A stretch of DNA of 57,922 nt from the IMG/VR virus record IMGVR_UViG_3300029787_000044, positions 1 through 57,922 of that record; one strand, written 5' to 3'. The notes under the pieces were generated by a model. That model saw only the letters and a list, made by a program, of their open reading frames with translations. It was not told the origin of the DNA and did not search any database. Shown piece after piece: positions 35,465 through 44,840 of the stretch (positions are counted from its first letter, which is position 1; each line of letters opens with the position of its first letter). Made by a program: the position numbers and the translations under genes. This stretch comes from a virus (Duplodnaviria; Caudoviricetes).

Positions 35465-38400
35465 ATGGAAGTAACTAATCAACAAATGGAAGAGTTTTAC
35501 GCTTTAAGAGAAGCCGCAGCAAAAAGTTTAGCGAATAAACCTCTTAAAGATAATCCAAATGTTACTTACGGACAGTTGTTATCTCCTTTAGAATTAGAGT
35601 TCGCGGCTCACGTATACAGTCCTGAAGTTAAAACAAAAGCTTCTACGATATTTACTCCCGAAGAAATTACTCAAATAGAATCTGCAGTAAATTGGCAAGA
35701 AAGAGTTTCTCCATATAATAGACCTGCTGTTGAGTATAACATGTATGAACGTCATCCTGAGTATCAAAGACGTTTAGATAGTTATAACGAGTTTCAAAAC
35801 GATCCTATAAACCAAGTTCAACAAGCAGATACTTATAATATTTTAGACCAACGTGAAATAGATAAAAGAACTGAACCTTTAGCTCCTTTTGGATTAGAAA
35901 AATCTAAAGAAATAGCACGTCTCGGTTTTGATCCTTCTCCTGATAATCAAATACAATTTAAAAAATCAGAAGACCAAGGAACTTTTAATAAAATGGTTGC
36001 GTTATCTCCTCGTAATATGTCAATAAGTAATTATAAATTTATTGGAGATAAATTAGGACTACAAGGAGAATTTATTTATATAAATCCTAGCAAACCTTCG
36101 TTAGGTATCGCATTTAAACCAGAAGGCGAAGAAAACTATAGAGTTGTAAACTCTCCTGAAGTAACAGTAGACGATACAGCACAGTTTTTAGCTCAAGAAT
36201 TTCCTGCTATAGCAGGGGATATTGCTGCAACCGTTTATGGTGGTAAAAAATTTGGGTTTGGTAAAACTGGTCCTGCAGGAGGATTAGTTACAAAAACTGG
36301 AAAAGTATTAGGACTATCAGGTGCTTCTGCTATAGGAGCAGCGGGTGGTGATCTTGCACGTTTATACGCAGGTAAAAAATTAGGCTACCATGATTTAAAT
36401 GAAATAGAAATGCTAGAAGAAGCGGGAGTAATAGGTGCTTGGGCTTTTGGAGGTACTGCTGCTATAACTTTATCTTCTAGAGCTATTGTAAAATTATATA
36501 AAGGTATTTTTAATAAAGACGCTCCTGACGCAATATTTGAAGCAATAGATGATGCCTTACAAGCGTCTAGACAAACAGATGCAGCCACTCCTGGATTATT
36601 ATATGGCGATGATATTTCTGTAAAACAAATACAAAATCAAATAAACGAGTTAACTGATAGATATGCTGCTGAATTTGGACAAGGATATAACCCAACAATG
36701 ACTACACAAGCAGGAACTGTAGGGGCAGCTGATTTAGAAGCGGTGTTTTTAAAAAATGCAGATGATGCTGGACTAACAGAAACTTATGACGAAATAAGAA
36801 AAGGTAATCAAACGGTAATCGATGAGTTCGTAAGAGTATTAAGTGAAAAAATTGGACCTTCTATTAGTGGAGTAGGGGATGCAACAGGAGCAACAGTTTC
36901 AGAAGGTCTTAGAGTATTGGCTCAAAAAGATATAGACGCTTTTAACGAACAAGCTGTAGAAATGATAAATCAAATAAGACGTCAAGTTGGTGGTGCTGAT
37001 GATGCGGTCGTTGCTGGAGAGGCTGTATTAAAACAAGTAGATAATCCACAAGCGTCTAGCGGTCCTATCTTTCAAAGAACGCAAACAAGAATAAATGAAA
37101 TTAGAAAAAGTTATTTAGAACCTTTTAATCAGGCTTGGAACGATGCTTTAGCAAACCCACGATATACTAATTTAAAAACGGGAGCAGGATATACTAGAGC
37201 TCCTACTCAACGATGGTTAAACGCAAGAAAAGGAGAAGCAGGTCAACTTATACGTAGAGCTGATGGAGACGAAGCAGTTAGAGAATTATACAATTTAATT
37301 CCTGCAGGAAGTAGAAACACTATAAAAAGATTAACAGGTAAAGGGGAAAAGGGTAAATTTGAAAAACCTAATTTTACTTTAAATGAATTAAACTCTGCGA
37401 GAGTTGCTTTAAATGATTTTGCTAGTAATTTACCTGATGGCAAACGAGGCATTGCTAGATTGGCTAGAGACTTAGAACGTGGATTAGAAGATCAGATGAA
37501 TGTTTTAATAAGAGAAGGAGCTTCTGCTGAATCAGGAATACCTATGTCTGATAGAGTTTTTAACATTAAAACATTAAATAAATGGATAGAAAATAATAAT
37601 TACGGCGATGATTTAAGACAAGCCTGGAGTGCACAAAAAGAAGCATTAGAACTATCTAATAGCCAAGCAGTACGTTCTATTTTACAACAAGAACGTCCTG
37701 AAAAAGTAGCTGAATATATTTTTAATACGGTTGCTAAAGGTAGTAAACAAAATAAACCTATGACGGATTTAATGGATCTTTTACAAAGAGAAGGTTCTGA
37801 TGAAATATTACAAATACAAGAAGGACTAGCGGCGTATATACAAAGAGAAGTATTAGACGCTCCTGATTTACCTCCATTAACAATCGCTAGAAATTATAGA
37901 CAATTTGTTAAAGACAATGAAGGAGCTTTACGAGCTGTGTTTGGTGATGAAAACTTTGTATCAAGATTCTCTAACCCAAAAAGTTTTAATAAAGTTATAA
38001 AAGGATTAGAAAAAACTAATGAAGACATACTTAGAATACAAGCTCGTTTTGGTATGGTAAAAACAGGCGATCCTGATAAACGAGTAACTAATATTGTTGA
38101 AAGTATTTTAGCTACAGGTAAAACACAAAAACAATCAGGACTTGTTTTAGATGATATTGAATACCTTGCATCTATTACTAAAAACAATCCTGAATTAAAA
38201 AATCAAGTAGCACAAGTTACTAAAAGATATTTATTACAAGATATTATTACCCCTAGACAAGGCGGTGGTTTTCAAATAGATGCAGCAGGATTAGATAAAT
38301 TATTAAAAGATGGTTTTGGTCCTGAAGAAGTTATTGGTCAAAGATTAACTTTCGATAGTTTTATGACTCCTTTACTAGGTAAAAAAGAAGGTAAAGAATT

Positions 38401-38887
38401 TATTAAAAATTTAAAAATTTTAAATAGTATGGTGCAACGAAAAGTTGGAACAGCTCCTTCTGAACGTGTTGCAGGAGCATTAGCTAAAGGTGAGTACGGT
38501 CCAGGAGCAAACATAGAGGGTGCTAGAATGTTGATGAGGTTATTAATACCTCCTTTAACACAAACAGGTAGACGAGCCACAGCTATAACAAATAGACAAG
38601 CAGAAAACTCGCGTAAGTTTATTGGTCGAATGTTATTAGATCCAGTTCTTTTTGAAAGATCTATGCGATTTGCACAAGGCAGAGAAAGTACACAAAAATT
38701 CATAAGTTTTTTAACTTCATATAATATGGTGGTTGCTAACGACATCGGAAACGAAATGAAGTATTATGATACAACAGATAAATTACAAAAAACTCCAGAA
38801 AAACCAGATAGAGTACAAAACTTAACTCCTCCTGTTCCTGAGAGACTTAACAGACTTATAGAAATGACAACAGGAGCTATAAACTAA
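35465..38887 (+). CDS. Large putative ejection protein
   Basis: 1140 aa helical protein with Gly/Ala-rich hydrophobic segments (GLSGASAIGAAGG, GVIGAWAFGGTAA). Confidence 0.6.
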   Translation: MEVTNQQMEEFYALREAAAKSLANKPLKDNPNVTYGQLLSPLELEFAAHVYSPEVKTKASTIFTPEEITQIESAVNWQERVSPYNRPAVEYNMYERHPEYQRRLDSYNEFQNDPINQVQQADTYNILDQREIDKRTEPLAPFGLEKSKEIARLGFDPSPDNQIQFKKSEDQGTFNKMVALSPRNMSISNYKFIGDKLGLQGEFIYINPSKPSLGIAFKPEGEENYRVVNSPEVTVDDTAQFLAQEFPAIAGDIAATVYGGKKFGFGKTGPAGGLVTKTGKVLGLSGASAIGAAGGDLARLYAGKKLGYHDLNEIEMLEEAGVIGAWAFGGTAAITLSSRAIVKLYKGIFNKDAPDAIFEAIDDALQASRQTDAATPGLLYGDDISVKQIQNQINELTDRYAAEFGQGYNPTMTTQAGTVGAADLEAVFLKNADDAGLTETYDEIRKGNQTVIDEFVRVLSEKIGPSISGVGDATGATVSEGLRVLAQKDIDAFNEQAVEMINQIRRQVGGADDAVVAGEAVLKQVDNPQASSGPIFQRTQTRINEIRKSYLEPFNQAWNDALANPRYTNLKTGAGYTRAPTQRWLNARKGEAGQLIRRADGDEAVRELYNLIPAGSRNTIKRLTGKGEKGKFEKPNFTLNELNSARVALNDFASNLPDGKRGIARLARDLERGLEDQMNVLIREGASAESGIPMSDRVFNIKTLNKWIENNNYGDDLRQAWSAQKEALELSNSQAVRSILQQERPEKVAEYIFNTVAKGSKQNKPMTDLMDLLQREGSDEILQIQEGLAAYIQREVLDAPDLPPLTIARNYRQFVKDNEGALRAVFGDENFVSRFSNPKSFNKVIKGLEKTNEDILRIQARFGMVKTGDPDKRVTNIVESILATGKTQKQSGLVLDDIEYLASITKNNPELKNQVAQVTKRYLLQDIITPRQGGGFQIDAAGLDKLLKDGFGPEEVIGQRLTFDSFMTPLLGKKEGKEFIKNLKILNSMVQRKVGTAPSERVAGALAKGEYGPGANIEGARMLMRLLIPPLTQTGRRATAITNRQAENSRKFIGRMLLDPVLFERSMRFAQGRESTQKFISFLTSYNMVVANDIGNEMKYYDTTDKLQKTPEKPDRVQNLTPPVPERLNRLIEMTTGAIN

Positions 38888-40788
38888 TGCCAAACAATCC
38901 TTTTAAACAAGCACTTAATCCACAAAGAATGGTTATGGACCCTGCAGCAGCGCAAGCGATGGCTATGCGAAAAGAAGCCAACATGGCAACTAATGCTGCT
39001 ACTGATCAATATGAAGCTGATGTTGCTGCTTTTAAAAATTCACAAGCAACTGAAGCAGAACAAGGCATTGGTTCGCTACCTCAGTATCTTGCTGTCGGTG
39101 GAAGAGCTCGACCTGTACAAGGTAGACCTGTACAAGTTGAACAGCCTAAAAAAGACCCTGTAGTTACTAATCCAGGAAGTCCTGGGGGCTATGATGATAG
39201 TGATTTAAGAAAACTTATAGCTGATTTACAAAAACAAGCTGATCAATTTTCTCCTTACGATGATAATGAACTAAGAAGTCTTATAGAAAATATTCCAGGG
39301 TTTGATGATTCAGCTCTTAGAGATTTGATTAACCAAAATAAACAAGGACTAGGTAGTTTACAAAATTATGATGATTCAGGTTTAAGAGATCAATTTCAAG
39401 GATTACAAGACAGATTCGATGATTTTAATCCTTATGATGATTCTGAAATTAGAGATCGGTTATTAGCACTACAAAAAAGACAAGATGATTTTAATCCTTA
39501 CGATGATACAGATTTAAGAGGTCAATTTTCAGGGTTAAAAGATATTGTTGATGGTTTATCTAATTATGATGATACTGAATTAAGAGGGTTAATAGACGGT
39601 TTATCTAACTATGATGATACTGAATTAAGAAAACTTATAGGAGACTATGAAAATTACGACGACTCTGCTTTAAGAGAACTTATAGAAGGTAATAAAAACG
39701 CTATAAGTCAAATAGAAGGATACGATGATTCAGCTATCCGAGGTGATCTTTCAACACTTCAACAAAGATTTGATGATTTTGAACCTTATGATGATAGTGA
39801 AATTCAAGATTTATTAACAGCATTACAAAAAAGACAAGACGAGTTTATCCCTTACGATGACACAAATATACAGGGTTTAATAAGTGGATTACAAGATAAA
39901 ATAGGTAATTTTGATCCAGAAATAATATCTTCATTGCAAGACAGGTTAGCGGCGTTACAACAAGAATTTGCAAACTTTCCTCCTTACCCTGATTTTAATC
40001 CTGAAGATTATATGTTTGATCCTTCTGGTCTACAAGATCAAATAGCATCATTACAAGACCAGTTTGGGAACTTTAATCCTGAAGATTATATGTTTGATCC
40101 AACAGGAATGCAAGATCAAATAGCAGCCTTACAAGACCAGTACCAAAACTATACTCCTTATGACGACACAAACGTCATGGGCACGATGGATGAGTTAAGA
40201 GCATTAATCGAAGCTAACCAAGAACAGATTGAAGGTTTCTCAGGTCAGTTATTACAACCGCCTCCAGGATTAGATCCAGATCCAGATCCAAAACCTAAAC
40301 CAGATCCAGATCCAGATCCAGATCCAGGAAAAGATCCAGATCCAATACAACCGCCTGATCCTAGACCAAGACCGTTAAATCCGTACACGGGTTATTACGT
40401 GCAAAATCCGTATGTTGGACCGAACCCTTACCAAAATACTGGAGTACCTTTTGACCCTGAATATGGATACCCTGAGTATAATAATGTTATAAACCCTGTA
40501 GATTTTGGTTATGCTCCAGGATTTGGACCGCAAAAATTTCCAATAGGTCCTCCAGATGATGGAATACCTCCGATAAAACCTGATCCTCCAGATGATGGAA
40601 TACCTCCAGGACAATTACCTCCAGGAAAAGGAGGACCAAAACCAGGACCAAAACCTCAACCAGTTTTTCCGATGTACGCAAATCAAGGGCAATATTTAAA
40701 CAATGGTATATCACAGTTGCCGATGGGAGGACAAGGTGATACACTAACAACACAGGTGTTCCAAGCGGGATTCCGACCAAGGAGATAA
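38887..40788 (+). CDS. Acidic repeat protein (YDD(S/T)xLR repeats, PD/PP-rich C-terminus)
   Basis: More than ten YDD-type units, two FNPEDYMFDP units, (PD)n tracts. Confidence 0.8.
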   Translation: MPNNPFKQALNPQRMVMDPAAAQAMAMRKEANMATNAATDQYEADVAAFKNSQATEAEQGIGSLPQYLAVGGRARPVQGRPVQVEQPKKDPVVTNPGSPGGYDDSDLRKLIADLQKQADQFSPYDDNELRSLIENIPGFDDSALRDLINQNKQGLGSLQNYDDSGLRDQFQGLQDRFDDFNPYDDSEIRDRLLALQKRQDDFNPYDDTDLRGQFSGLKDIVDGLSNYDDTELRGLIDGLSNYDDTELRKLIGDYENYDDSALRELIEGNKNAISQIEGYDDSAIRGDLSTLQQRFDDFEPYDDSEIQDLLTALQKRQDEFIPYDDTNIQGLISGLQDKIGNFDPEIISSLQDRLAALQQEFANFPPYPDFNPEDYMFDPSGLQDQIASLQDQFGNFNPEDYMFDPTGMQDQIAALQDQYQNYTPYDDTNVMGTMDELRALIEANQEQIEGFSGQLLQPPPGLDPDPDPKPKPDPDPDPDPGKDPDPIQPPDPRPRPLNPYTGYYVQNPYVGPNPYQNTGVPFDPEYGYPEYNNVINPVDFGYAPGFGPQKFPIGPPDDGIPPIKPDPPDDGIPPGQLPPGKGGPKPGPKPQPVFPMYANQGQYLNNGISQLPMGGQGDTLTTQVFQAGFRPRR

Positions 40789-40790
40789 AA

Positions 40791-41441
40791 ATGGATGCAA
40801 ATGCAAAATTAACAGGAATACAACAGTTGCCGATGGGACAACAAATGGCTGGCGGACCCCCTATGAGAGGTAAACCCCCAATGGCACCTCCAATGGCACC
40901 TCCAATGACTAAACCCCCTATGGGACCTGCAACTCCACCACCCCCTATGTCCCCTCCAATGGGTGAACCTGAGATGATGGCAATGGATGAACCTGAAATG
41001 AACCCACAACAAGACGCAGCTATGTTAGCAGAAGCTGTTGTAGATAAAACACGTGGTAATGTAGAAGCAGCAATAACCCTATTAGACACTTCTAAGGCTA
41101 TGTTGATGCAAGCTACAGGCGGTGGTCAAGATCCTATGATGGCTAATATGGGAGGACCTTTAATGATGAATCAGGGCGGACCTTTAAAGGCTGTCCCTAG
41201 TAATAATAAAGGATTAAGTAAACTTCCCCAAAACGTTAGGAACAAAATGGGTTTTATGAACATGGGTGGACCTTTGTATCGTGAAGATGGAGGAACTATG
41301 TCTGATACAGATATATTACGTCAAATGATTATGGATAGTTTAGCTGATTCAGGCAGAACTATGTCTGATAAAGATATGTCAGGTAGAACTATGTCTAATG
41401 TTGATGCTTTAAACACTCTTATGAATTATAAAATGAGTTAA
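40791..41441 (+). CDS. Met/Pro-rich low-complexity protein
   Basis: PPMAPPMAPPM, repeated N(M/Q)GGPL and (G/R)TMS(D/N) units; RBS AAGGAG. Confidence 0.75.
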   Translation: MDANAKLTGIQQLPMGQQMAGGPPMRGKPPMAPPMAPPMTKPPMGPATPPPPMSPPMGEPEMMAMDEPEMNPQQDAAMLAEAVVDKTRGNVEAAITLLDTSKAMLMQATGGGQDPMMANMGGPLMMNQGGPLKAVPSNNKGLSKLPQNVRNKMGFMNMGGPLYREDGGTMSDTDILRQMIMDSLADSGRTMSDKDMSGRTMSNVDALNTLMNYKMS

Positions 41442-42880
41442 CCTATCCAGTCTTTCCACTTCTCGTCGCCTAGTACCTCTTGTGCTAGGTCAAGTTTGTT
41501 TCTAAGAGCCTTAACGATCTTTTCATCTACGGTGCCTTTAGCAACAAGATCTATATAAGTTACTTTATTAGTTTGACCTATACGATGAGCACGGTCTTCA
41601 GACTGTAAGCGTTTTTCAAGGTCGTAGTTATTGCTGTAATAAATAACATTACTTGCTTCCGTAAGAGTAATACCATAGCCACCTGTTTGTGTGTTACTTA
41701 TTAAGTATTTTAATTCTGAATTAGGATCTTGAAAACGTCTAATTATTTCTTGTCTATCTTCGTCAGGAGTTTCTCCGTAGTAAGTAGCAACGCTTTCTAC
41801 CCCTGTTATGTCATGAAGTTTCTTTAGAATTCTTTTTATATCGTATTGGTAGTTAGCCCATATAATAGTTTTACCCTGTACTTCTTGTAAAATATTAATT
41901 AATTCATCGAGACGGTTACTTGGTATTTCTACTTCGTCGCCTTGGTCTTGTCTAACAAATCCACAGACGACTTGATGCAGTCTTAATATTTGAGTAAGCA
42001 CTGAAGTTACACTAACTAGTTCATGCGAAGCAAGCTCTGCTATCGCGTAGTCTTTTAATTGTTTATAAACTTTCTTTTGTTCTGTTGTTAGTTCCACTTC
42101 CCTACGTTGATAAACTTTATCAGGCAGGTCTAAACATTCTTTCTTTAATACCCTGTAAGAAAAGTCTGCAACGCGTCCTGTTAGTTCTTCTAAATTTTGA
42201 TATCCTACTACTTGTCTAAAAGTTCTAGCCCCCATGTTCCTATTGATTACTTTTGCGTACCTGTTTTGGAAAGAGTAAAAAGAATTAAACCCTATAAGAT
42301 CTGTGGATAAAAAAGCACTTTGACTATATAAATCTAACGGTGATTGAGTAACAGGGAATCCTGTTAGTATCCTGCGATATTTAGTGTTCAAAGCTAACTT
42401 CAGTAAGTTCTTAGTTCTTTGTGCTTTAGGGTTTTTTATTGTAGTTGATTCATCTACAGCTATTAGCACATTATGAGCAAGAATAAATTTTTCTACAAAA
42501 GCTACGCCTTTCTTAGTACTGAAAGCTTCTACATTAATAACTAATATTTTTAAATCATCTGTTACTTCGAACAATTTCATTAGTTCATGTTTTTGTTTTT
42601 TAGTGGGAGCAGGATTCCATACGGCTATTTGTTTTTCTATATGGTCAGGCATGTGTGCAGGTATTTCTTTTTCAGACCAGTTTCTGTATACGCCTTTAGG
42701 TGCTATGATGATAGCTGAGTTGATGCCGCCTTTATCATAAAGCACAGAAATGTTATCTATCAATACTTTAGATTTACCAGTACCCATTTCCATAAAATAA
42801 GCATATTCTTTTTTATTCCATGATTTAGTTAACGCCGTCAACTGATGCTCATATGGTTTTGTTTTAAACTTATATTTCAT
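41438..42880 (-). CDS. SNF2-family (SF2) helicase
   Basis: MEMGTGKS Walker A, VDES Walker B, LTGFP, GYGITLT, QSEDRAHRIGQ motif VI. Confidence 0.95.
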   Translation of the reverse strand: MKYKFKTKPYEHQLTALTKSWNKKEYAYFMEMGTGKSKVLIDNISVLYDKGGINSAIIIAPKGVYRNWSEKEIPAHMPDHIEKQIAVWNPAPTKKQKHELMKLFEVTDDLKILVINVEAFSTKKGVAFVEKFILAHNVLIAVDESTTIKNPKAQRTKNLLKLALNTKYRRILTGFPVTQSPLDLYSQSAFLSTDLIGFNSFYSFQNRYAKVINRNMGARTFRQVVGYQNLEELTGRVADFSYRVLKKECLDLPDKVYQRREVELTTEQKKVYKQLKDYAIAELASHELVSVTSVLTQILRLHQVVCGFVRQDQGDEVEIPSNRLDELINILQEVQGKTIIWANYQYDIKRILKKLHDITGVESVATYYGETPDEDRQEIIRRFQDPNSELKYLISNTQTGGYGITLTEASNVIYYSNNYDLEKRLQSEDRAHRIGQTNKVTYIDLVAKGTVDEKIVKALRNKLDLAQEVLGDEKWKDWIG

Positions 42881-43123
42881 ATTACCTTTCTAATTTCTAG
42901 ACTCCATTATATATTACAAATAGGTAAAATAAAGCCCAAAACAAAATAATTCCCTGTGCCCTCTAATAGAAGTAATATTGATCAGACTAAATTTAATAAC
43001 TTTAGATCCTCTTAGATACTCTATAAACTGAAGGTCAGTATTAATCTATTAACGATATTAGTAGTTTTATAAATTTTTTTAGGTTAAAGTTTTTCTTTTT
43101 AAAAAGTATATATAAGTAATAGC

Positions 43124-43152
43124 TTTACTTTGGCGTTTTTTATATTTATTAT
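43124..43152 (+). promoter_or_regulatory. Sigma70-type promoter (GCTTTACTTT class) for the replication operon
   Basis: TTTACT 43124-29, 17 bp, TATTAT 43147-52. Confidence 0.7.
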
Positions 43153-43183
43153 TTATTAACTAGAAATAAGAAAGGAGAAAAAA

Positions 43184-43510
43184 GTGACAGTATATGTTGT
43201 ACAAGAAGTTCCAGGACGCAATATAGCCTCTGCTAGACAGTATGGTGATTTTGAAGTTCTTTTACCTTCTAACACACAAATAATGTTAAGTGCTGCTCCG
43301 TCTGTTCGTAGAATGAAAAAAGTTCTACAGGACTATAAAGAGGAGGATTACTTATTGTTAATCGGCGACCCCGCCGCTATTGGCGTAGCGTGTTCTATCG
43401 CTGCATATTATAACCAAGGAAGATATAGTATCCTTAAATGGGATAGACAGGAAGGTATGTACTACCCTGTCGATATCGACCTTAACCAGAAAGGAGAAAT
43501 AAATGACTAA
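43184..43510 (+). CDS. Hypothetical phage protein
   Basis: RBS AGAAAGGAG; VYVVQE...DYLLLIGDP...LKWDRQ. Confidence 0.8.
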   Translation: MTVYVVQEVPGRNIASARQYGDFEVLLPSNTQIMLSAAPSVRRMKKVLQDYKEEDYLLLIGDPAAIGVACSIAAYYNQGRYSILKWDRQEGMYYPVDIDLNQKGEIND

Positions 43511-44075
43511 ACCAACTTTTGAGGACTTAATAGGTACAGAAGATGTTCAGGAATGGACTAATGATGTAACCGATGGAGAACTCAGTATAGTTTCCAACTT
43601 AGCCAATAAACAGTTAAAGCTTGCTACTGAAGTAGCTGAGCTAGAAGCTAGTTTGAAAGCTAAGAAGGAAGAACTTCGTTTGACTTCGGAGCAAGAGCTA
43701 CCTGATGCTATGCAACAGGCAGGATTAACTCAAATAAAATTAAGTAGTGGAGAAAACATATCTATTAATGAATTTTATAACGCTCATATATCGAAAGCAA
43801 ACCAAGAAAAAGCGTATGGATGGCTAGTTGCTAATGGTCACGAAGGACTAATAAAGAACGAGGTTCTTTTAAAGTTCGGACGTGAGGAAACTGGAGTAGT
43901 TGATGAAACTGTTTCGGCGTTACAATCCAGAGGACTATCACCTGAAGTACGTCAGAGTGTTCACCCTAGTACACTAAAAGCTTTTGTTAAAGAGCAGTTT
44001 ACTACGGGGAATGATATACCAACCGAGCCTTTTGGTATTTACATCGGTACCAAAGCTATTATTAAAAAGGATTAA
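43503..44075 (+). CDS. Replication-module hypothetical protein
   Basis: LPDAM...AYGWL...LIKN...VHPSTLKAFVKE motif, common upstream of phage SSB-like genes. Confidence 0.75.
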   Translation: MTKPTFEDLIGTEDVQEWTNDVTDGELSIVSNLANKQLKLATEVAELEASLKAKKEELRLTSEQELPDAMQQAGLTQIKLSSGENISINEFYNAHISKANQEKAYGWLVANGHEGLIKNEVLLKFGREETGVVDETVSALQSRGLSPEVRQSVHPSTLKAFVKEQFTTGNDIPTEPFGIYIGTKAIIKKD

Positions 44076-44079
44076 TATT

Positions 44080-44829
44080 ATGGCAGATGACAAAAATGAA
44101 ATAGCTGAACAAGGTTCTACCTCTATCAGCACTTTTGACGATACTTTATTGTCAGGCGGTACAGGTTTAGAAGAAACTACTACAGAGGATTTCGCGATCC
44201 CTTTTATTAGAGTCTTACAACCTATGTCACCACAACTACAAAAACAACACGGAGGCTATGTAGCAGGTGCTAGTGCAGGTGATCTGTACAACACTGTTAC
44301 TGGAGAAGCTTACGATGGTGAGAAAGGAATAATCATAGTTCCATGTGCTTATAATAAAAAGTACATTGAATGGATTCCTAGAGAAAAAGGTGGCGGACTT
44401 GTAAACGCTAACCATGATATATCTGTATTATCTAGTTGTACTAGAGACTCAGAGTCTAGAAGGTATTACACACCTGAGGGTAATGAGATAGTAGAGACGG
44501 CACAATTCTTTATCTTAGTGTTAGATGGCGAAACTGCACAACAAGCAGTTCTTGCATTTACTTCAACACAGTTAGGAGTTGCTAGAAAATGGCTAACCAT
44601 GTTAAGAATGGCTAGGGTACAAAACAGCAAAGGAGAGTCTGTAGAAGCTCCTATGTTCGCATATAACTATAAACTAACCACAACTACTCAGTCTAATGAT
44701 AAAGGCAGTTGGAACGCTTATAGTGTTAACCAAGCAGGTGCTACAGATATGGCTACGGCTATGATGGCTAAAGATTTTATGTCTGCAGCTAGATCAGGCG
44801 ATGTCGCGGTAAAAGAAGAACAGCAATAA
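44080..44829 (+). CDS. Putative ssDNA-binding / annealing protein
   Basis: DFAIPFIRVLQPMSPQ...GDLYNTVTGE...YIEW-x-PR...STQL-x2-ARKW...NDKGSW; lies before the primase; RBS AAGGA supports 44080. Confidence 0.55.
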   Translation: MADDKNEIAEQGSTSISTFDDTLLSGGTGLEETTTEDFAIPFIRVLQPMSPQLQKQHGGYVAGASAGDLYNTVTGEAYDGEKGIIIVPCAYNKKYIEWIPREKGGGLVNANHDISVLSSCTRDSESRRYYTPEGNEIVETAQFFILVLDGETAQQAVLAFTSTQLGVARKWLTMLRMARVQNSKGESVEAPMFAYNYKLTTTTQSNDKGSWNAYSVNQAGATDMATAMMAKDFMSAARSGDVAVKEEQQ

Positions 44830-44840
44830 GGGAGTAACCT

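Noticed and set aside
40487-41089. 200-aa minus-strand ORF
   Set aside because: Antisense to Pro/Met-rich low-complexity genes, which yields Gly/Ile-rich open frames by chance.
44780-44840. SSB-like gene ends abruptly (KEEQQ*) without an acidic/aromatic tail; possible truncation or frameshift
   Set aside because: The stop is followed directly by a good RBS (GGGAG) and the primase start; no slippery site or continuing frame is evident.
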